From Bacteroidota bacterium (GTDB taxonomy: Bacteria > Bacteroidota > Bacteroidia > Bacteroidales > JAAUTT01): a stretch of 64,000 bases of DNA. The notes beneath the pieces were generated by a model that was given only the letters and a program-made list of their open reading frames with translations, searched no databases and had not been told where the DNA came from. A program made the translations under genes and the position numbers. Shown here in pieces: positions 8,615 through 18,731 of this stretch (positions are counted from its first letter, which is position 1; every line of letters starts with the position of its first letter). The stretch is from contig JAJYAG010000001.1 of the NCBI GenBank assembly GCA_021779665.1, positions 67,396 to 131,395 on the forward strand, read 5' to 3'.

Positions 8615-9727
8615 TTATATTGTAAAAAAGGAAGTATACTCTACGAGTTTTTCACTATGCTCGTCTACATTATGCGCAGTATTGGCCAGTTCTTCGGATG
8701 ATGTAGCACTCATTTGCGATGAATTGTTGAGCTGCTGGATAGAAAGGTTAATCTGCGAAGCCCCGGCATTTTGCTCAATGGAAGCCATGCTAATCTCATT
8801 TATCAGCGATCCGGCTCTTTGAATACGGGGAACAATTTCACCGATAATCTGGTTTGTTTCACCTGTTATCGACAAACTCCGGCGGGAAAGATCCTGAATT
8901 TCCTCCGAAGCTATTTTACTTTTCTCGGCCAAGCGACGTACTTCGGTTGCAACCACGGCAAATCCTTTCCCGTGATCGCCGGCCCTGGCAGCTTCAACGG
9001 CTGCATTTAGTGCCAGAATATTGGTCTGGAATGCAATATCGTTGATGATACTTATCTTTTCGGCTATGTTATTTACGGCAGCAAGACTTTCTTGCGATTT
9101 TAAGAGGATCGCTTTAATCTGATCGCCAATGATCTTCGATTCGTTTTCAGTTTCTTTTGCATTATTTGCATTTTGCTGAATACTGGAAGCAATCTCTTCC
9201 ATAGAAGCCGATATCTCCTGGATGGCAGCAGCCTGGTTAGCAATAATTTGCGATAACTGCTGAGAGTTGTCGTTTATCTCTTTACCTGCGCCCTTCAGGT
9301 CATTGGAAACTATAACAATATTTCCGATAGCGCCTTTCATCTTATCCGAAAGGTTCTTTACAGCATTCGAAATTCTTCCGAATTCATTATTTTCCTTTAG
9401 TTCCTTTTCGTTTATTTCAACAGTTAGATCGCCCTGCGAAATCAAATCGAGCTTTTCCGAAATTTTTTGTAATGGATTTTTAATAATTCTCAGCATAATA
9501 AAAAATGCTGCGAATATGCCTGCCCAGCAAAACGGTAATCCCCACCAGATATGGTGAAGACCTTTTGCTCCCAGGATAAAAGTCACCAGCGGCATTGTTT
9601 CGAAAATAATCAGCATTACCATTCCGATTTTGAATATTATCGTTTTCTTAAACAATAATTTCATCGAAAACCAATAGATAGGAATAAGTGCGAGGAGAAC
9701 CAATTCAAAAATTAAAGTACTGTCCAT
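8615..9727 (-). CDS. methyl-accepting chemotaxis protein (2 TM, HAMP and MCP signalling domain)
   Basis: Two N-terminal TM helices, then a HAMP-like linker and a conserved MCP signalling domain ([34 protein letters not shown]). Confidence 0.75.
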   Translation of the reverse strand: MDSTLIFELVLLALIPIYWFSMKLLFKKTIIFKIGMVMLIIFETMPLVTFILGAKGLHHIWWGLPFCWAGIFAAFFIMLRIIKNPLQKISEKLDLISQGDLTVEINEKELKENNEFGRISNAVKNLSDKMKGAIGNIVIVSNDLKGAGKEINDNSQQLSQIIANQAAAIQEISASMEEIASSIQQNANNAKETENESKIIGDQIKAILLKSQESLAAVNNIAEKISIINDIAFQTNILALNAAVEAARAGDHGKGFAVVATEVRRLAEKSKIASEEIQDLSRRSLSITGETNQIIGEIVPRIQRAGSLINEISMASIEQNAGASQINLSIQQLNNSSQMSATSSEELANTAHNVDEHSEKLVEYTSFFTI

Positions 9728-9869
9728 AACGATTTAAAGTGAGATTGTGGTTTTATTTTATGTTTTATGAAAATAGTGCAATGAACAAATGCGCAGGTAA
9801 GACTTTATACCCATTTTGTATCATCCTAAAGGATGATTTTGGTGTCATACTTTTGGTCAGAAGGAATGG

Positions 9870-11039
9870 CTATTTCTTTGAAAATACACGGTTATAATAA
9901 TAAGGGGCTGTTTTAGTCCGGAATAGAAAAAGACCAATGGCTACAATAATGGCGCTGAGTATAAAGGTAACAGAAATGCTTATATACTCAGCCACATACC
10001 CCATAATAACCATTCCGGCACCCATACCAATATCCAGACAGGTATAGAGGGTTGAGTTAGCAGCGCCTCTCCGCATCGGATCAGCAAGGTTATTGATCAT
10101 GGCCTGAAATATGGGAAATACAACTCCTATTCCAAACCCCATAATCAGCGCCGAGGCGTAAAATCCATAAGCATTTTTGAATATCACTAAAGTGAGAAAT
10201 CCGGCAGCGAGCAGACTTAAACAAACTGTGAGGATATTCAGCGGACCATGCCTGTCGAAAGCTTTTCCGGATGTAAATCTTGAAATTCCAATTCCAATAG
10301 AGAAAACAAGGAAGAAAACAGAAGTATTCTGTATGCCTATTTCCTTGCCATACAAAGCAATAAATGAAAGTAAGCCGCCGTAAGTCGACATGATCACAAG
10401 CAGGTTCAGTGACGGCACAACCGCCTTTCTGTCGAATAGTTTATGCAACGATAAATTAAACGGAGCACCCATTTTCAAAGGAGGAAATTTCATCAGTCCG
10501 GCGCATAGAAGGCTTATAAGGCTTATGATGATTCCCGCCGAAAACATTGCCGTGTATCCAAACTTATGCTGAAGAAAGATTCCAAGAACAGGTCCGGTCG
10601 ACATGCCCAATGTTGTCGACAGGGCAAAATATCCGATGCCTTCTCCCCGCTTTTCAGCAGGGATAATATCTACAGCAATCGTCGAACCCGAGATGGTGGT
10701 GATACCCCATGTGAGGCCCTGAAGAAAGCGGAGGGCGATTAATGCAGCAATACTTGCCGCAACAAGATAGCCACTGAAGAATAATGAATATAATGTTAAC
10801 GAAAGAAGGAAAACAGTGCGTCGGCCAAACCTGTCGAGGGAAAAGCCTCCAAAAGGTCTCACCAGAATGGATGCAATTGTAAAAGCAGCAAGGACAACCC
10901 CTACCTCATTTTTACCGGCATGCAAACTGGTTACCAGGTATACAGGCAAAGTTGAAATGATTGCATAATAAGTAATACACATTAAAAAATTGGAAGCAGT
11001 GAGCAAAATAAAATTCCTGCTCCATATTTTGGTCGTCAT
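9870..11039 (-). CDS. MFS transporter
   Basis: 389 aa, about 12 TM, with MFS-type motifs (GGFSLDRFGRR; G-rich helices). Confidence 0.75.
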   Translation of the reverse strand: MTTKIWSRNFILLTASNFLMCITYYAIISTLPVYLVTSLHAGKNEVGVVLAAFTIASILVRPFGGFSLDRFGRRTVFLLSLTLYSLFFSGYLVAASIAALIALRFLQGLTWGITTISGSTIAVDIIPAEKRGEGIGYFALSTTLGMSTGPVLGIFLQHKFGYTAMFSAGIIISLISLLCAGLMKFPPLKMGAPFNLSLHKLFDRKAVVPSLNLLVIMSTYGGLLSFIALYGKEIGIQNTSVFFLVFSIGIGISRFTSGKAFDRHGPLNILTVCLSLLAAGFLTLVIFKNAYGFYASALIMGFGIGVVFPIFQAMINNLADPMRRGAANSTLYTCLDIGMGAGMVIMGYVAEYISISVTFILSAIIVAIGLFLFRTKTAPYYYNRVFSKK

Positions 11040-11169
11040 GGCTCCAAGCGCTGAAATAAAGTGCGAAGATAGGGATTTTGGGTAAGGGTGGTTGATTATG
11101 AATATTCAATTCACTATTGCCCGGTAAATATTTATTAAGGTTGGAATATTTTTCGGAAAAATAACCAGC

Positions 11170-12501
11170 CTAAATCATTCCCCTCGCCTTCAGCTCTAAG
11201 TATTTGTTGATGGTATTGAGCGATAATTCCGACGGAACCGATTTGATACATGCAATGCCGTGATTGGTAAGTTCCGAAACTATCTGGTTCTTTTCGTGAA
11301 GATATTTACGGGCCATGGTTTGTTCGTAAATGCCCATGATATCACTGACTGGATTCTTACTCATGCCTGCAACAGCATCGTTCTCAAAAAACATCACTAC
11401 CAGCAGGTGTAATTTGCTGATTTGCCGCAGGATAGGTAGAACTCTCTCAAAAGCATGAAGGCTCTCGAAATTGGTGTAAAGAAATATCAGGCTGCGGTGC
11501 TTGATAACATTGCGCACCAAGTGGTATAAGAGTTCGTATTCTGCCTCCAGCACATGTTCCTTCTCGTTGTACAATGCTTCCAGAATTTTCCGCAGTTGCT
11601 GCGAGTTTTTATCGGCGGGAATTACAGAGCCAATTTTATCGGAAAAGGTTATCAGACCTGCTTTGTCATGCTTTTGGAGTACCACATTCGAAATTACCAG
11701 TGAGGTGTTGATTGAATAATCGAGCAGCGTAAGCCCATTGAAAGGCATGTGCATGGAACGGCTTTTGTCGATGATGGAATAGACCTGTTGGGAACGTTCT
11801 TCCTCATATTGGTTTACCATCAGCGAACCCCTTCTGCTGCTTGCTTTCCAGTTGATGCTGCGACTGTCGTCTCCAATTACATATTCCTTTACCTGGTCGA
11901 ATTCGTAGCTGTGGCCAATTCTCCGGCGCCGCTTAATGCCTTCGTTGAGTTGATGTGATGGCCCCGATTTAAGTTCAAATTTCTTCATCTGCACAATGGA
12001 TGGATATACCTTCACCATCGTATGGCGGTCAACGGTTATTTTTCTGCTGATCAAACCCAGCGTGGATTGCACAAACAAATTAATATTCCCGAAATTATAT
12101 TCTCCTCTTTTAACAGGAGTTACTTCGTACTTTAAAAGGGTTTCTTCATCATTGCCGAGTGCAGCTTCAAATTTCAGGTCACGGATCTGGAACTGGCAGG
12201 GCAATTCGTCAATTACGGTCAGCCAGACTTTCAGCTTTGATGTATTACGAACCAGAATCTCAATGTGGTTTTCGTCACCCAGCGTCATAATACTGGGGAG
12301 ATGGCGTTTCACCTCAAAGGTTCTGTTTTTATTGAAAAGAAGAAGTATATCGGCAAGCGAAGCGGTAAGCAGCGCAATGAGCAAAAACTGTCCCAAAGGA
12401 AACAGCCAGTGTACCGTAAAACTGAACGCAAAAAGCACCACCGCAGCTGAGCCAACGACGAAGAACCTCGATGTGAGAAATATTTGCCTGTATATGCGCA
12501 T
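11170..12501 (-). CDS. DUF58 domain protein (vWA-like), the MoxR partner
   Basis: 443 aa with N-terminal TM helices. Directly downstream of, and start-overlapping with, the MoxR ATPase; this is the canonical MoxR-DUF58 pairing. Confidence 0.7.
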   Translation of the reverse strand: MRIYRQIFLTSRFFVVGSAAVVLFAFSFTVHWLFPLGQFLLIALLTASLADILLLFNKNRTFEVKRHLPSIMTLGDENHIEILVRNTSKLKVWLTVIDELPCQFQIRDLKFEAALGNDEETLLKYEVTPVKRGEYNFGNINLFVQSTLGLISRKITVDRHTMVKVYPSIVQMKKFELKSGPSHQLNEGIKRRRRIGHSYEFDQVKEYVIGDDSRSINWKASSRRGSLMVNQYEEERSQQVYSIIDKSRSMHMPFNGLTLLDYSINTSLVISNVVLQKHDKAGLITFSDKIGSVIPADKNSQQLRKILEALYNEKEHVLEAEYELLYHLVRNVIKHRSLIFLYTNFESLHAFERVLPILRQISKLHLLVVMFFENDAVAGMSKNPVSDIMGIYEQTMARKYLHEKNQIVSELTNHGIACIKSVPSELSLNTINKYLELKARGMI

Positions 12502-13520
12502 TACCTTGGCACTTCTATTTTCTGGATGATGTCCTTTATAATATCTTCAGCATCCACCCCTTCAATTTCGCGTTCGGGAACGAGAATGATACGGTGATTC
12601 AGCACCGGGTATGCAACTTTCTGAATATCGTCGGGCGTAACAAAGTCGCGGCCGTTGATTGCTGCTATGGCTTTCGATGTGCGAAGGATAGCAATGGAAG
12701 CTCTTGGCGATGCCCCCAGGAACAGGTTAGAATTGCTGCGGGTATTATTTACAATGTTTGCGACATAAGCAAGCAGTTCATCCTTAACATGCACCTTCTC
12801 GACAATAGAGCATAAATTGATCAGATCTTTGGCTTTATAAACCTTCTGAACATCTTTTTCGATCCGGTTAAAGAAGTCTGATTTAAAGCGCGAAAGTATA
12901 CCAATTTCTTCTTCTACCGAAGGATATCCGATTTTGATGCGGAACATAAACCTGTCGAGTTCAGCCTCGGGAAGCCGGTAGGTTCCCTCCTGCTCTATCG
13001 GATTTTGGGTGGCGATTACATAGAGCGGATAATCCAAACGATGGGTTTCGCCATCGACTGTAATCTGACGCTCTTCCATTACCTCAAAAAGAGCCGACTG
13101 GGTTTTAGCCGGGGCACGGTTTATTTCGTCGGCCAGGATGATATTGCTGAAAACAGGTCCCTTCCGGAAGAAAAACGAAGCCGACTGCATATTGTAAACC
13201 GTGGTACCAATAACGTCGGACGGCATCAGGTCAGGTGTAAACTGAATTCTTTTATATTCGGCATCGAGTATGTTGGCCAACAGCTTCACAAGCAATGTCT
13301 TTGCAATACCTGGAACGCCCTCTATCAAAACATGGCCGTTGGTAAGCAGACCAACCGTTAAAAGTTCAATGGTATTGTCCATCCCGACAATGACTTTCTG
13401 GAGCTCGGTTTTCACCTTCAGGGCAAAATCCATAACTTCGCTCACATCAATATAAGTGTTGCTTTCTGTTGCAGTTGGTTCTGCATTGGCGTCAGGATCG
13501 TTCAAAATGTTTTCTTCCAT
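12501..13520 (-). CDS. MoxR-family AAA+ ATPase
   Basis: Walker [12 protein letters not shown], Walker [10 protein letters not shown], and a length of about 330 aa typical of MoxR. Confidence 0.85.
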   Translation of the reverse strand: MEENILNDPDANAEPTATESNTYIDVSEVMDFALKVKTELQKVIVGMDNTIELLTVGLLTNGHVLIEGVPGIAKTLLVKLLANILDAEYKRIQFTPDLMPSDVIGTTVYNMQSASFFFRKGPVFSNIILADEINRAPAKTQSALFEVMEERQITVDGETHRLDYPLYVIATQNPIEQEGTYRLPEAELDRFMFRIKIGYPSVEEEIGILSRFKSDFFNRIEKDVQKVYKAKDLINLCSIVEKVHVKDELLAYVANIVNNTRSNSNLFLGASPRASIAILRTSKAIAAINGRDFVTPDDIQKVAYPVLNHRIILVPEREIEGVDAEDIIKDIIQKIEVPR

Positions 13521-14765
13521 TTACTTGCAGTTTTTGTAAAAGTTTTCGATTTGAGTGTGTAGTTTTATTAACGACTTAGGTTCGTAAACCGGGTTGTAAA
13601 CCACGTCGCCGTATGCTTCAAAAAGTTTGTCGAGTTCACTTTCGGGAATTCCCGATAAGGGAGCAAGAATTTTTGGCGTGTCTTTTTTGCTCAGGTTAGG
13701 CGAAATTCCATATTTATGCTTCACAAACGAGAGAAACTGTTTCATCATTTCTTCGGCAATATAAATGTTGGAATTGTTCTTAAAATAAAGTGTGGCAATG
13801 GAGTTGATAAATTCCACTGTTGTATTGGTGTTCGCTGGTATAAGCGGAATCTGGGCTTGTTTTCGTTTTGAATTGAAAACAACAAACAACAATATCAGTC
13901 CTCCAATCAGGTACCAGGCCCACCGCAGACTTTTTTCGGAAAGAATAAAGCGCAACGGCGATTCCTGAGTCGAGGTTATATTGGTATTATCCAAACCCGA
14001 TTTGCTGAATTCGTCCCACAAAATGCGCGGCTTTTTGTATTCGGAGAACATCTGATTGATGTACAGGTATCCGTTCTCTTTGGAAAGGTTGTAATTGGTA
14101 AAGAACAACGGATTGGAATGAAATATGAACCATCCTTTTCCGTGTTTAACACGCATAGTTTCTACAATTACATTGCCTATTCGCGAAACTGGCTCGAAAC
14201 CATACATCGAAAGAGAATCTCTTAGAAAGAGACTGTCCAGTCCCAGCCATTTGTATTTTGCTTTTTTAGGTCCGTTTTTATAGTCGAACTTATAATATTT
14301 CTCAGGATTCAACCTGTCGAAGTTAGCCTCTACAACAGAATCATTAATATAGTTGAAGGTTAGCATGGGAAACCGGTCATCGGTAAGGTGACCGTAAATA
14401 TAATGCTCCGATCCAATGCTGGAGATAAAGGCATTATTTCCGCGGTGAACAAAGTCCAGCAGTTTTTCCGACAGGATACTGTCTCCAACAAAATTCTCTC
14501 CGATAAATATATAAAGCACTCCGGTATCTTCTTTGGCAATGTAATTTTGAGCCGGATTATCTATCAACACAAAATTGTTTTTTTTGCAAGAGGTTGAAAT
14601 TAAATCTGCCGCAAGCTTTAGCCCATATGGTTGGGCGTTATCGTACAAATAATTCTCGTTCCACCTGTATTTAGGACTATAACTCCTGAAATGGAAATAA
14701 AGCACGGTGCCAATGAGAATCACAGCACAAACAATAAGAATTACTATTTTATTGATGGATTTCAC
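13521..14765 (-). CDS. DUF4350-like protein (N-terminal TM anchor, large extracytoplasmic domain)
   Basis: 414 aa with a single N-terminal TM. Positioned immediately upstream of MoxR as in the conserved DUF4129/DUF4350/MoxR/DUF58 cluster. The family assignment is from memory of that cluster, not from explicit motifs. Confidence 0.5.
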   Translation of the reverse strand: MKSINKIVILIVCAVILIGTVLYFHFRSYSPKYRWNENYLYDNAQPYGLKLAADLISTSCKKNNFVLIDNPAQNYIAKEDTGVLYIFIGENFVGDSILSEKLLDFVHRGNNAFISSIGSEHYIYGHLTDDRFPMLTFNYINDSVVEANFDRLNPEKYYKFDYKNGPKKAKYKWLGLDSLFLRDSLSMYGFEPVSRIGNVIVETMRVKHGKGWFIFHSNPLFFTNYNLSKENGYLYINQMFSEYKKPRILWDEFSKSGLDNTNITSTQESPLRFILSEKSLRWAWYLIGGLILLFVVFNSKRKQAQIPLIPANTNTTVEFINSIATLYFKNNSNIYIAEEMMKQFLSFVKHKYGISPNLSKKDTPKILAPLSGIPESELDKLFEAYGDVVYNPVYEPKSLIKLHTQIENFYKNCK

Positions 14766-15495
14766 GCGGCTCTATTAATTGTTGTATTTGTTCAAAAATG
14801 GGAATAATTCCTGTGTATTCACGCTCGGTAATGGCTATTTCGCCATACCAGATTCTTTCAAATTGCAGCGTTAGTTTCCTGAATAAATCAAATTCTCTTT
14901 TTCCATACATTTCTCTCAGATAATGGCCGTTGGTTTTATCTTTTTTCCAGGCAACAAATTTATGCTTGTTTAGCAACCTCAAAAGCATCAGATACCGGAG
15001 TCGTACAGCTTCCTTGTACTCGCCCGACTTTAAGGCATACTGCAGATCGCCGTCAAGATTTGCTTTTTCAATATTTTCGTACCCGGAACCCATACGCGGC
15101 TTAATTTCGGGTAAGGATTGGTTTGAGGGACTCCGGAAGAGGCTTACAATCAAAACCACCATCAATAGCAAAAGAGCAATAGCAACAAAGGCTATAAACA
15201 GATAAACGATTCCTGAATTCCCTGAGAAAAATGGTAGGAAAAAAGAGCCTTCTTCGCGATCAGAACTTTCATCTTGATCAGCTTTCCCTTTTATCTTTTT
15301 ACCATCCCGGTTAATATTCTTTTCTGATTTCTTTTTCTGGCTTTTTTTCGGATTGCTCTCATTGTAATTGTACTCCCGGGCATGTTTTTGCCAATTTTCC
15401 TTGCTGACAAACCGCTGGTTATCCTGACTGAAGGCACCCGGGCCCTTCAAAAGCAAGGCAAGAATAAAAAAGATAATTAGTTTAAGGCGGTTCAT
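14749..15495 (-). CDS. DUF4129-like membrane protein
   Basis: 248 aa with a signal peptide plus one internal TM (VYLFIAFVAIALLLLMVVLIVSLF). Overlaps neighbours on both sides (operon). Confidence 0.5.
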   Translation of the reverse strand: MNRLKLIIFFILALLLKGPGAFSQDNQRFVSKENWQKHAREYNYNESNPKKSQKKKSEKNINRDGKKIKGKADQDESSDREEGSFFLPFFSGNSGIVYLFIAFVAIALLLLMVVLIVSLFRSPSNQSLPEIKPRMGSGYENIEKANLDGDLQYALKSGEYKEAVRLRYLMLLRLLNKHKFVAWKKDKTNGHYLREMYGKREFDLFRKLTLQFERIWYGEIAITEREYTGIIPIFEQIQQLIEPREIHQ

Positions 15496-17330
15496 CGGTT
15501 ATGCTCCTTTTCGAATCCAAATAAAACTTTTCTTTCGCCAAACATGTCAATTCGCTGGTTCAGACTTTCGGCCATCGAGATTTCCCTGAAAGCATAATAA
15601 TTGAATATCGACGTGGCTATTAGAAAATATGAATAAACTGAAATGATTGCAATGGTCAGGAACGAAAGTATAAAAATTTCGAGCAGATAGGTCGTTTGCT
15701 CGTCATATTTAAAGTTCATAAGGAACATTTGGATGTAGTTCCAGGCAACTTCTGTATTCAGCAAAACATAAAACACCACGATAAATACAAATATTTTGAA
15801 ACTGTTAACGAATTGCTTCCCCCAGGAATTATTGAGCAAACCAATGGTTTCTGCAATTGCCAGCGGAAAATTTACTTTCTCGATATAGCTCTTATAAACC
15901 GTCGTAAACAGGACCGGACTCAGCAAAATAAATGAGGTTACTCCCCAGAAAACCCCAAAATAGAAAGGCAGTAACACCAAAAATGAAGAAAGTAATGACG
16001 AGGAAATCAGGTAAAGATATCCTGACCTCCTTTGGGTGTCGTTTTCCAGAATTTTGCGGACACTACCCGAAAGATTAATCTGCAGCATCGTCAATGTTGC
16101 TATTCCTATCCAGAAATGCGATTTTATGCAATTGAGGTTAAAAAAAGTAAAAAACGAATGTGAATCAACATCCAGCTCATTTGTAGTCTGATAAGAAGAA
16201 AATGCAAGGGTTGCAAAGGAATGCAGCAAAGCAAATCCCGACACCATCAATAAAAATGGCAGAATATTACTGCTGAAATACTTGAATGAATTTCCAATTA
16301 TTTCGGATGCATTTAATATCCTGCTGAAGTCGTAAACTACCGGTTCTTTGTAACTTAGCTTTTCCGATTCGTTTACCACATACATCCGGCGCTTTTTCAG
16401 GTACCACGGATACCAGACAAAATAAAACAGAATAAAGGACAGCGAAAGTACGATAACCGCGATTCTTACAAAATCAGGAATATTGGTATAGCGTGTTATG
16501 AAGCTTTCGATAAAGCCGGCCAGAACAATAAGCGGCGTGATCCCGAGAAAAATCTTCAACCCTCTGAGGGCAGATATTTTCAAGGAATTAATACGCGAAT
16601 AGGTTCCGGGAAAAACCAACCCTCTTCCTAATGTCAACCCTGCAGCTCCTGCAATGATAATGCACGATATTTCAATGGTTCCATGTTGCCAGATGGTCAG
16701 GAACGATTCCTTAAAAAGTCCCCTTTCGACGAAAAAGTATTGAAAAACACCCACCATTATTCCGTTGCGAAGCAAAGCAAGTACAGTGCCAACCGACATA
16801 AATACGCCCAACACGAAAGTATACATGGCAACCGTAAGGTTATTGATGGTAATGCCCAGAAACATATGGGCTTCGTTGGCTTTTTTATAAACGGCCATCG
16901 GATCCTTGGTCTTAATATTTTCGATGGTCATCTGGACATAGTCGTTTCCGAGAATAAGCCGCGCAAATTCTTTGTCGTATATGCTGGAAAGTACGCCAAT
17001 GCCCATGGCCAGTATAAAAATGATGAACGAAATCCTGAATTCTTTACGAGCACAGTGTATCTGATATGGTAAATCGTATTTCCAGAATTTTACAAAACCC
17101 TGCATGCCGGTCGACTGATTCTGGTAAAGATTATTAAAGAGCAGCTGGGCAATTCCGTTCAGGTAAACACGTACCGAGCGGTATTTGAAAAAAGTACGGG
17201 CATACGATAAATCGTCGGTTACCTGAATAAACAACTTGCTATGTCGGGTTTTTAAGTTTTCGGTTCGAAGGTCAGTTTCGAATTCCAACCAATTTTTCTT
17301 ATTTTGTTCGACGAATTTTGATTCTTTCAT
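15492..17330 (-). CDS. polytopic membrane protein (possibly SpoIIM/DUF95-like)
   Basis: 612 aa with many TM helices. It is the first gene of the minus-strand MoxR operon. Confidence 0.5.
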   Translation of the reverse strand: MKESKFVEQNKKNWLEFETDLRTENLKTRHSKLFIQVTDDLSYARTFFKYRSVRVYLNGIAQLLFNNLYQNQSTGMQGFVKFWKYDLPYQIHCARKEFRISFIIFILAMGIGVLSSIYDKEFARLILGNDYVQMTIENIKTKDPMAVYKKANEAHMFLGITINNLTVAMYTFVLGVFMSVGTVLALLRNGIMVGVFQYFFVERGLFKESFLTIWQHGTIEISCIIIAGAAGLTLGRGLVFPGTYSRINSLKISALRGLKIFLGITPLIVLAGFIESFITRYTNIPDFVRIAVIVLSLSFILFYFVWYPWYLKKRRMYVVNESEKLSYKEPVVYDFSRILNASEIIGNSFKYFSSNILPFLLMVSGFALLHSFATLAFSSYQTTNELDVDSHSFFTFFNLNCIKSHFWIGIATLTMLQINLSGSVRKILENDTQRRSGYLYLISSSLLSSFLVLLPFYFGVFWGVTSFILLSPVLFTTVYKSYIEKVNFPLAIAETIGLLNNSWGKQFVNSFKIFVFIVVFYVLLNTEVAWNYIQMFLMNFKYDEQTTYLLEIFILSFLTIAIISVYSYFLIATSIFNYYAFREISMAESLNQRIDMFGERKVLFGFEKEHNR

Positions 17331-17379
17331 TTACCGTCTTTCTTATATGCGAATTAAGTAAAATTTTGGAAACCTCTAT

Positions 17380-18099
17380 ATGAAAAAGATAAATATTACT
17401 ACCACACAAAACGTAACCATCGAATACGAACTTGCAAGCGTTACCGAAAGATCTGTTTCCACTGTAATCGACCTTATTATTATTTATCTGGGAAGCCTCA
17501 TTATTTATGCTTTTTCATCCATATTTATTGACAAAGCTTCGCTCATATATCTATTTATTTCTACACCGGCGGCTTTCTTTTACCATTTGCTGTCCGAAAC
17601 ATTAAATCACGGACAAACTTTGGGTAAAAAAATTATGAAGGTCCGTGTAGTTAAAATCAACGGTGAACGTCCGGGGTTTTTCGATTTTCTGATGCGCACC
17701 GTTTTTCGTTTTATCGATATTACTTTAACAGCTGGAACCCTGGCACTGATTACCGTTTCGTCGACCGAAAAAGGTCAGCGGTTAGGCGATTTTCTTGCCG
17801 ACACCACGGTTGTAAAACTGATCAATGCAAACCGTTTCTCTTTGAGTCGCATCCTTTCCATGGAAAACCTGAAAAACTACACTCCTGTTTATCCGGGCGT
17901 GGTTAAATTTAAAGAAGAAGAAATGCTCCTTATTAAAGAAACACTTGACCGACTTGCTAAATACCCTACTGATAATCATATAGATGCCCGCAACAAGCTG
18001 GTGTATAAGATTGAGAAGCAACTTGGTGTAGTTGCTCCTCATGATAAAAATCTGTTTTTAAAAACTTTGATAAAAGATTTTGTAAGTCTTACACGCTAA
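17380..18099 (+). CDS. RDD family membrane protein
   Basis: N-terminal RDD-type region (TM helices plus a GQTLGKKIMKVRVV motif), then a soluble C-terminal domain. Confidence 0.6.
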   Translation: MKKINITTTQNVTIEYELASVTERSVSTVIDLIIIYLGSLIIYAFSSIFIDKASLIYLFISTPAAFFYHLLSETLNHGQTLGKKIMKVRVVKINGERPGFFDFLMRTVFRFIDITLTAGTLALITVSSTEKGQRLGDFLADTTVVKLINANRFSLSRILSMENLKNYTPVYPGVVKFKEEEMLLIKETLDRLAKYPTDNHIDARNKLVYKIEKQLGVVAPHDKNLFLKTLIKDFVSLTR

Positions 18100-18101
18100 A
18101 A

Positions 18102-18545
18102 TTAATCGTTAACTACTTGTGTATAGGTAATAGAGTCGTGCCAGCCGTTATTTCCCCCAAGAAAAGACAACGGCTCCAGCGGGATAATGCGGCAAAGACT
18201 TCTTTTAAAAATAGTTCCGGTTGAAGCAACGGAATTGTCATCATTTAAGACTCTGGTTCCTGTAATCATTTTACCAATAGTTTTGCCGGTCGTACTTTCA
18301 AGAATGGTATAATACAAAATTAGTACGGAGTAACCGATCAGATAAGAAGTTAGGGTACTCATTTCTCCATTCTCAGGGAAAGCAACTGCATAGAGCATTC
18401 CGCATATAAAGATTAAAATTAAGAGTACAATCCTGTCGATTATATAATTTGCGAACCGCTTACCAGTGCTGGCATACTCATAAACTTCGGCTTTGGAATT
18501 TGACTGATCAAAAACTCCGGAGTCCAGAATTTCGTTATTTTCCAT
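18102..18545 (-). CDS. RDD family membrane protein
   Basis: 147 aa with the RDD core (ANYIIDRIVLLIL ... GKTIGKMITGTRVL). Confidence 0.65.
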   Translation of the reverse strand: MENNEILDSGVFDQSNSKAEVYEYASTGKRFANYIIDRIVLLILIFICGMLYAVAFPENGEMSTLTSYLIGYSVLILYYTILESTTGKTIGKMITGTRVLNDDNSVASTGTIFKRSLCRIIPLEPLSFLGGNNGWHDSITYTQVVND

Positions 18546-18687
18546 CTTGTGATATTTTTTAGGTTAGTAATTGAAATTGTTGGTTAAACAGAAAACCAAA
18601 CAAACCCGTTTACGGATAGTGCCTGATTTTGGTTCCGGTTAGCGGGTTTAAATTTATTAAGTCATTGAAAAGCAATAGTAAAAGTAA

Positions 18688-18724
18688 GCAGGCTCAGACG
18701 ATAAGATTTTAGCCATGAGCCTGC
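18688..18724 (-). terminator. putative terminator hairpin downstream of the lipoprotein gene
   Basis: GCAGGCTCA-19 nt-TGAGCCTGC. A T-rich tract follows on the minus strand. Confidence 0.4.
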
Positions 18725-18731
18725 CCAATTA

